DNA of 64,000 nucleotides, taken from NCBI GenBank assembly GCA_002633005.1, contig NMRA01000105.1, positions 1-64,000 of the forward strand, written 5' to 3'. The translations under genes were made by a program, and so were the position numbers. Source of the stretch: Phoronis australis (Eukaryota; Animalia; Phoronida). Positions 38,766 through 64,000 of the stretch are shown piece after piece (within the stretch, counting starts at the first letter, position 1; each line of letters opens with the position of its first letter). The notes under the pieces were generated by a model, which saw nothing but the letters and a program-made list of their open reading frames with translations, searched no databases and was not told the DNA's origin.

Positions 38766-38930
38766 GTGCGGGGAAAGTATTACTGCTGTGCTGAGGGCTG
38801 CAATGTCGATTCAAGGAAGTGGGATATGCTGGATAAATATCCATGGATACCGGATGTCACATTTCATCCCTTCCCGGCGGTTCTGAAGGACAATCAATTA
38901 TTCAATATAATCTTATCTCACGGCGAGAAG
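38766..38930 (+). pseudogene. Degenerate THAP zinc-finger N-terminus, likely a DNA transposon relic
   Basis: YYCCAEGCN...VTFHPFP matches the THAP CxxxC...FHxFP signature. The downstream W and C..H residues are lost or frameshifted. Confidence 0.55.
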
Positions 38931-39329
38931 AGCGGGAGTGCGGAATACGGAAATTATCTAATACAGCACCATAAAACTGAGAAACAGTACACAATGGACC
39001 TATTAACACGCCTCCGTGACATAAATAATATGATTTGACCTAAGCTTCAGCACAAAATCACCTCGGCCACCCCTTGCACACTGTCTTAAACAACAGTTTA
39101 GTGCGAAACAAAATAATTTGAAGGAAAGCTTTCAATCCACTAAACTAGCATTGGGAGACCTATCTTTGCACAGATCTTAACACGCAATAAGCGAATACTG
39201 AAAGTACCGCCCTCAACAAATACCGAAGAGCTACAACACGTCGCTAAGCCATACAAAACAACACTGGCATAGCAGTGTGCAAGATACAATTAACTTTCCA
39301 CAATTTTATGTTAATGACTAATAACTTAA

Positions 39330-39666
39330 AAGGATACTAAACCCTGTATAGATGCTTTCAACCAATCCTCATTGTATCACCTGGTAATGCATCATTGGCG
39401 TCAATCTTGACAGATAAAAGCAGGAAACAACTAAAAGCTCAATACTCCGCATGTCACAGTTTCGACATAATAGTTCTTGCTGGGTGGTCTTTCCCCACAG
39501 CTGCCGTGTAATTCGCTAAAAGCGTAGGTCATGCTTTGAAGAGAGTTTTCAAATTTTCCTCCAAACGTTTGTCGAGGATTACAGAACACTATTATGTTTC
39601 AGGGAATTGGATGAGAAAGTCGTTTTTAACATCTATTAACAGGTCAAAATTGGGTTTGGTATCCTT
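39330..39666 (+). mobile_element. TTAA-flanked MITE (Kolobok-like), family copy 1
   Basis: TTAA|AAGGATACTAAACCC...GGGTTTGGTATCCTT|TTAA. Homologous copies at ~51158-51519 and ~55417-55763, plus an inverted partial copy at ~55149-55410. Confidence 0.8.
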
Positions 39667-41822
39667 TTAATGTTCTCTTGGGTGAAGCGTTAAGAAACTG
39701 CAAAACTTTAAAGGCCACATGGTTTTGAAGTGTATACTACAGAGGGCAGGATGATGCTAGTCATCTTTCATGGCAATATTCCCAGTAAAGTTTGACAAAC
39801 AAAGAGTGAATGACAACAGTTGAGCACATTTAAGAAGCAGCTACTAATTAAACAGTAATTCGTCACCTATTTAGCACACCAAATGGCAGTGCAATGAAAA
39901 ATTATTTGTCAAATTTCTCAACAACAAAAATAAAAATTAAAAAATCAAGTCTATTGCTAGCTCAACTTGTACTGTTTAGATGTTATAAAACAACTGTTGG
40001 CGACATTTCCATAATTTGCAACTATGTGGTCAACCATTAAAAACCGAAAAATGACAATTTCCACAATTAGTTTGGTGCAAAACAAATGAAGAATTACCAT
40101 ATACTTGATGATTAAAACAGAGGAGGCCCCATTTTGCTCCGTATTTTGATCGTGAAGACACGACTACAACTATTGGACCTTCAAGTTAATCTGCACACAC
40201 TGTATCACTTTGTAGGTCATATATCACAGTCAAGAGCCTGTAGCTAGGGCTTAATATGATTGGCTTCTTGCCTTTGTGTCACAGAGGAACAACGACCATT
40301 CACAACACGACAACGGACAGTTAACATATTGGCTGATACCGTTTCAGAGTGTCACGAGTAAGCATGTGACCACTAACAGGTTGTTTCTGATAGATAAACA
40401 GAGTCCAGAAGAATTTCAAATTTGCATTCCTTAAATATTTTCTCAGTTGATAATAAGAATATCTGAACGAAACGACATACGATGGCATAATAAACACTTC
40501 CCGGAATATCACAGCAGTCATCTCTGTGGTATTTACCCACAATGCTGTGCATCCAAATGACCATGCCTCACAGCTGTACACTGCAGCTATGCAAATCACC
40601 ACTTTGCATCGAGATTAATTTGCTATTGGTCACTCTGGTGACAACTACGTTTTACTGTTGCATAGTGAGTAGAACTGATGACATCAAAAATTTGAAAAGC
40701 TGTGTTAGGCATGATAAATTATTCTTCACTTGTCCGGCTCTGCTCAGAAATTTGGTCACTCAATAAAAGGCACTTTTCTACCTCACAAAAGAGAAGAGCT
40801 GAATCAAGGATGTGGGAAATGAAGAACAAGTTACTTCTTGTAAAATAAATTTGCCACGTGACCACGTGCACAACAACAAACTAGAATATCTGGGTAGTTC
40901 CAACTCAGCAAAGCATAAACAAACCAAGCTACAAGAGCGAAGATAAAACTAAAGAATTAAGATGAAAACACAGCACAGGCTTAAGATTATTGAGTTGCTT
41001 ATTTTTTGAAATTTCAAAACATAATTCAAGAAATGCGGAATTAAATCAATTTCCCAGAACTCAAAACTATTTTGCTGGTTAACATTTCTTTTGCACCGTT
41101 ATTTGTTTCCAGAACAAAATGATTGGCAAAGTTACAAGTTAAACTATGACTCAAAACAAACATATTTATACCCTAGTGAGTAAGGTGGCTTTGCTTTAAT
41201 AATTCTGAGAACAGGCAAGTGAATTTCTTAGCTGCAAGCTGGCATTCACTTATTCAAAAAGGAAAAAGGAAATTGCAGCTATGTAGCTTAAAAAGAACCC
41301 ATTCCAAAAACACGCCAGTATATAAACAACGCCTGCTGCTTTACTCTACGGTGGGCTTAAAAATAAGCTGATCATATGGCACAATAATAGGGGGCGCTCT
41401 TAACATTGGCAAGTACATGTTAGTCACAGTCGGTCCATTATCAACTTCACAAAGAGCAGGACAACCGCTTCACATCTACATTCACAATAATCCCTTCAGT
41501 TTGGACCCCAAGAAAGCAACTTCAATTAAGTTGCAACAAATCCATCCAATTATTCCTAATCACAGACTTGACAAGGATATTAATCTCTTCAAATGTTAAT
41601 TCAATAGGTAACCAATTCGCAACATGATGTAACTTCCTAATTAATTTGAAGAACATGACCCACTTTATCAAATGCTTTTGTTAGGTCCATGAAACTGTAT
41701 ACAAAATGGGACTGGCTGTAATAAGTCTACACTGAACCTTAGTTGTCAAGCAGTGCAGTCATTTGTGCTGATCTTGTTTCTCTTCTTTTGATTTTTATTG
41801 AGTAATAATTCTGTGACCATCT

Positions 41823-60037
<18,215 letters not shown>

Positions 60038-61006
60038 CTGCAGAAACAACGATTGGTATTAAAGAGGGTGCTTCAAGCAAGAATCGCTACCTGTCATTTC
60101 TTTCTAAAATAAAAATTTGTAAAATTCAGAGATGCCAAAAACAAGACCCCTAAACATTTGAGCTTGACATATCTTGTCCCACAATTTCTACCCTAACTGT
60201 AAAGCTTTGACAACGACTGGTTGGAATTGTTGATTTATCAGAACTTCAGATTGCAAAAAAGTGAATCTGTTTCAACTACTGTACCCAAAACAGCAGTTAA
60301 AACAAAACCGTAGTTGCAGTACATGACAGAAGCATTCAGGCAAAATGACCCGGAAATCCCTCATGACGACTGGGTGTAAGCAGCATTCACTGTAAGAGTA
60401 GTCATCCCTCATCAACGAAAATGAAGAGGAGTTAGTGGGGTCCCTAAGCCATTCATACTTACACCTTTAGTAAAAATTCTTCAGTTTCGGGACCCAATAT
60501 GGCGGACGTGTGAAATTTTATTAGTCAAATTTCCCAAGAAAACTAACTTTTTATGAAAATTTACTTTTGCTTTTTTTGCTCTTAACAGCTTGATTTGTAT
60601 GGCGTAGCTATTACCAAACTTAAGGTACAATTTTGAGCATTTGAAACAATGACGTAAGCTGCTTAAAACAGAAATACGGCAATTTTAGCAATTATTTTTG
60701 TTCCAAATTGAAGATTTTTAATGTAGAAGTTTGCCGCCTTGATGGTTACTACCAGTCGTTTTTTTGCTCTTAACAGAATTAGCAGCCATGAGTCATGACA
60801 GGGGTGAGGTATTTTGTCTGATTACTTTTGTCTTGCAGTGTAATTGCATAACACATGTTGTGCATTAGAGAGTGGTATGTTTCCCTTGGTCATAATGTCT
60901 ATAACAGTGCTGTATTCCCTTAGACATCCAGATTAGAAACCACGTTCTCCACAGAATTTCAACAGCTTCGCTTTTAAACACCCATGTTCTGTTATATTAG
61001 GCTTAA

Positions 61007-61440
61007 AGATGCTATGTCTCATGAAATTGTGAATATGCAAAAGAAATACTAGTTAACTAACAACCCCAGGTCTTCCGGTTTGCCGGCAACCATCTGAGAA
61101 CCAGTTACCATTATAATCCCGTGCGAGACTATCTTCATGTTAATGAGTATGGTAATATTTCACTTTTCATTTCATTTCCCCAATGAAACAAGGCACAGTT
61201 TTAATTATTTATCCATTTCACTATAAAATTGATTGCATAATATTTGGAATTACTAGGGTTTCTATATGTTCACACGTATTTTTAAGTGTATCAGTTTTGT
61301 GGTGTTTTCTTCAAAACTGAAATTTATTTACAAATTGTTTCCTTTCCTGATTATACTTGTACACACAGTTCTCCACGAAGTCACTAGGTGGCACTTGTAA
61401 TAAATTTAAATATTCACAGCTTTAATGAGACATAGCATCT
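61007..61440. mobile_element. TTAA-flanked MITE (Kolobok-like, second family)
   Basis: TTAA|AGATGCTATGTCTCA...TGAGACATAGCATCT|ATAA, with a 15-bp perfect TIR. Confidence 0.75.
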
Positions 61441-63227
61441 ATAACAGCCAACCCGGAATTTCTGTGAACTACAATTTAAGTGTCCTGAGCGTTATCCAGG
61501 ACGAGTACAGAACTATTAAATGCAATACCCCTATATTACCTGTAGCAATGATTCAACAAGTGAGAATATTTAGGCTAATCTACAAACGATATGTTTTATA
61601 CAGAGATTGCATGCCAGAAGATGACATTACTATCAAATACATTCAGAAAATATCCTCTCTGAATGACAAGTAATCGCTTTGAAGATGAAGCTGTGCAGAG
61701 AGTCATTGAACATCTTTATATCTCTGTGCCTGTGCCAACTGCATTACTTGTACAAACCCCTCAGCCATGACTAGCGAACTTTTCTCAAGCCTCTGATCAA
61801 AAATTGGCCATGCTTAGAGTAATTTTCCAATTTCGTGCGGTGCGATTGGTCAACTTTCAAGTCTCGAGCAAAGTCTGGTAGAAACGGGTCAATAATACAA
61901 TGGCTTCCTAATTTTACGCGATTTTTCGACCGAGGAGGTGGATTTCGAAGATTGCCTCGGAGACTATTTTCACAATCGCAAAGTTTGATTTGTGGTGAAA
62001 TTTCAACATTTTCGGACAGAAATAAGATGTCAACTTTAACTTGACCTAATTATCATTATCATTATGTCTGATAACACACATACATGGTAAAACACGTGAT
62101 AAGGTGACAACCCTAATAATAGCATATTGCGTTTGGCAAAAGGCAGTATTGACAAAAACCCTTGCTGACAGGAACAGTACTTTGACAAGCCTCACTAAAT
62201 AAGCCAACAACAAGCAGATGACAGAGAGCTGGGTTGTTGGGCTAAATTACAGGATACATATAACAAATGTTTTGACTACTCACAATTGACATGCTGGACT
62301 GAGAACATCTGGGTCATGCATACCTCTGGTGAGAGGAATGTTGTAAGCCAACCCCAGAAATTGTATTATTTACAATCAAGTCAGAAAAGGTGCCATTTGG
62401 AAAGTAAAGCCTAAAACAGCTGGGTATAACTCAGCTTTCACTCCTGGTGTAACCTAAACTATTGGATTCAAAACACGTTCAGACTATACTGGAAAAGCTT
62501 TAGTTCCGCATTCTTGCGAAAAACATAAAATTTTGAAAAACAACGGGCGTCTCCAGCAAAAATTTATACATCGTTTAGTTAATTATATCAAAGTTACTAA
62601 GCTGTTCTCCCCCAGCAGTGGAATGACCACCTTCATACATACAAAATTAGATAACTCTCAAAAGTACGCAGCCGGTATCACGCCATACTCACAACTCCAG
62701 GTTGCCATGGTTACAGCTTTCTGAATGGAAGGTTTTCCAAATACTAAGCCTGTGAAGTGATGTTTGAAACCCTGAGCAATCCTTTAGCAAAGATTTATGG
62801 TAACTTTGCCCTTAGTCAGAACAGGCATGGAGGATGTAACAGTGGCAACATTTTACAACAGAAGTTGGAAGCACCCCACAAATAGGTAACAAATCACTTC
62901 CAAGCTTATTCAGAGCAGCCTTATATAAGAAACAAGAGGAGCATAGCCTTCCCAGTACATAACAAAGGGAGACAAATACCTGCTGACATAAAACCATGTT
63001 ATTAAGAGGCTCATAGCCACAAACAATTAGTTGACAATCAATACATCAGATACAAAGTTGTTGAGCTTGTGTGACATAATGACCATGAAGTGCACAGACA
63101 GGTAAAGGGAAAAGAGACCTAGGGTTGATCACCTCTAGAGTAGTAGGGAGTGAATGCGGAGGAAATTAAGTTGGACACTGATTTGTAGAAAACCTCTCAA
63201 AACACCAAGAGAATTATTGATCTCCAG

Positions 63228-63684
63228 AGTCAAGGTACCTAAACTACACGGACAACGGACTCATAAACACGGGCACGGACGCATGAGCACGACTCACGGA
63301 CCTGCACACACCGTCCACCGACTCACAAAAAAGGGAACGGACTCACAAAACACGATCCACGCACCCAAATACACGGGACACGGACTCACATTCACGAGGA
63401 AACACGATTAATGGACCGCCAAACACGGGTCATGGACTCATCGGCTTCCTGGGTCAGCTGACATCTACATTTTGTCCGTTAACGGTGTTTGGCGGTCCGT
63501 TAACTGTGTTTCCTCAGGAATATGAGTCCGTGTCCCGTGTATTTGGGTGCGTGGATCGTGTTTTGTGAGTCCGGTCCCGTGTTTGTGAGTCAGAGGACGG
63601 TGTTTGCAGGTCCGTGAGTCGTGTTCATGCGTCCGTGCCCCGTGTTTATGAGTCCATTGACTGTGTAGTTTCGGTACCTTGACT
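63228..63684. mobile_element. Foldback/MITE with ~195-bp inverted arms, flanked by 107-bp direct repeats
   Basis: AGTCAAGGTACC.AAACTACAC...GTGTAGTTTCGGTACCTTGACT, with arms built from CACGGACTCA repeats. Direct repeats at 63120-63226 and 63685-63791. Confidence 0.88.
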
Positions 63685-64000
63685 TAGGGTTGATCACCTC
63701 TAGAGTAGTAGGGAGTGATGGCGGAGGAAATTAAGTTGGACACTGATTTGTAGAAAACCTCTGAAAACACCAAGAGAATTATTGATCTCCATAGTGTCGA
63801 AGACTAAACAAGACTTGGTAAGGTTATGCAGGACCTTATCCACAAGCAGTTAGTGAAATATCTTCAAAATTGTAGATTTTAACTCAATAAACGTATGTTT
63901 TCTGAAAGCGGAAAGTCTGTAGACTTTGATTTTTTACTTTTTGTCGATATCTCATTAACTGGGTAACACGGCCATGTGTTTCAGTAAAATTTAGCAAAAA

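Noticed and set aside
63154-63411. His/Thr-rich 85-aa ORF
   Set aside because: It is a translation of the CACGGACTCA repeats in the foldback element arm.

Overview
This is AT-rich, intron-rich eukaryotic DNA typical of an invertebrate animal; the taxon cannot be fixed from the sequence. Three spliced genes were reconstructed by hand from GT-AG junctions. (1) A + strand succinate-semialdehyde dehydrogenase (ALDH5A1/SSADH) has 10 coding exons at 16800-26610; its start exon is uncertain. (2) A - strand PCTAIRE kinase (CDK16/17/18 family, CDK17-like C-terminus) has 11 exons at 60037-41823; its 5' end was not found. (3) Between them lies a small - strand gene that the ORF track misses because its exons are tiny (TATA promoter ~33040, CDS 31419-28561). 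It encodes a 103-aa precursor: signal peptide, then WRRRRWGWRAPRYPPLPYPY, then a GKR amidation/cleavage site, then an acidic propiece. This is the layout of an amidated cationic antimicrobial peptide and is the most interesting item in the window. The remainder is LINE fragments, tRNA-derived SINEs, many MITEs (some nested, some with unusually long flanking duplications), a THAP relic and tandem repeats. Two tandem duplications copy functional splice sites. All calls come from manual reading; no searches were run.
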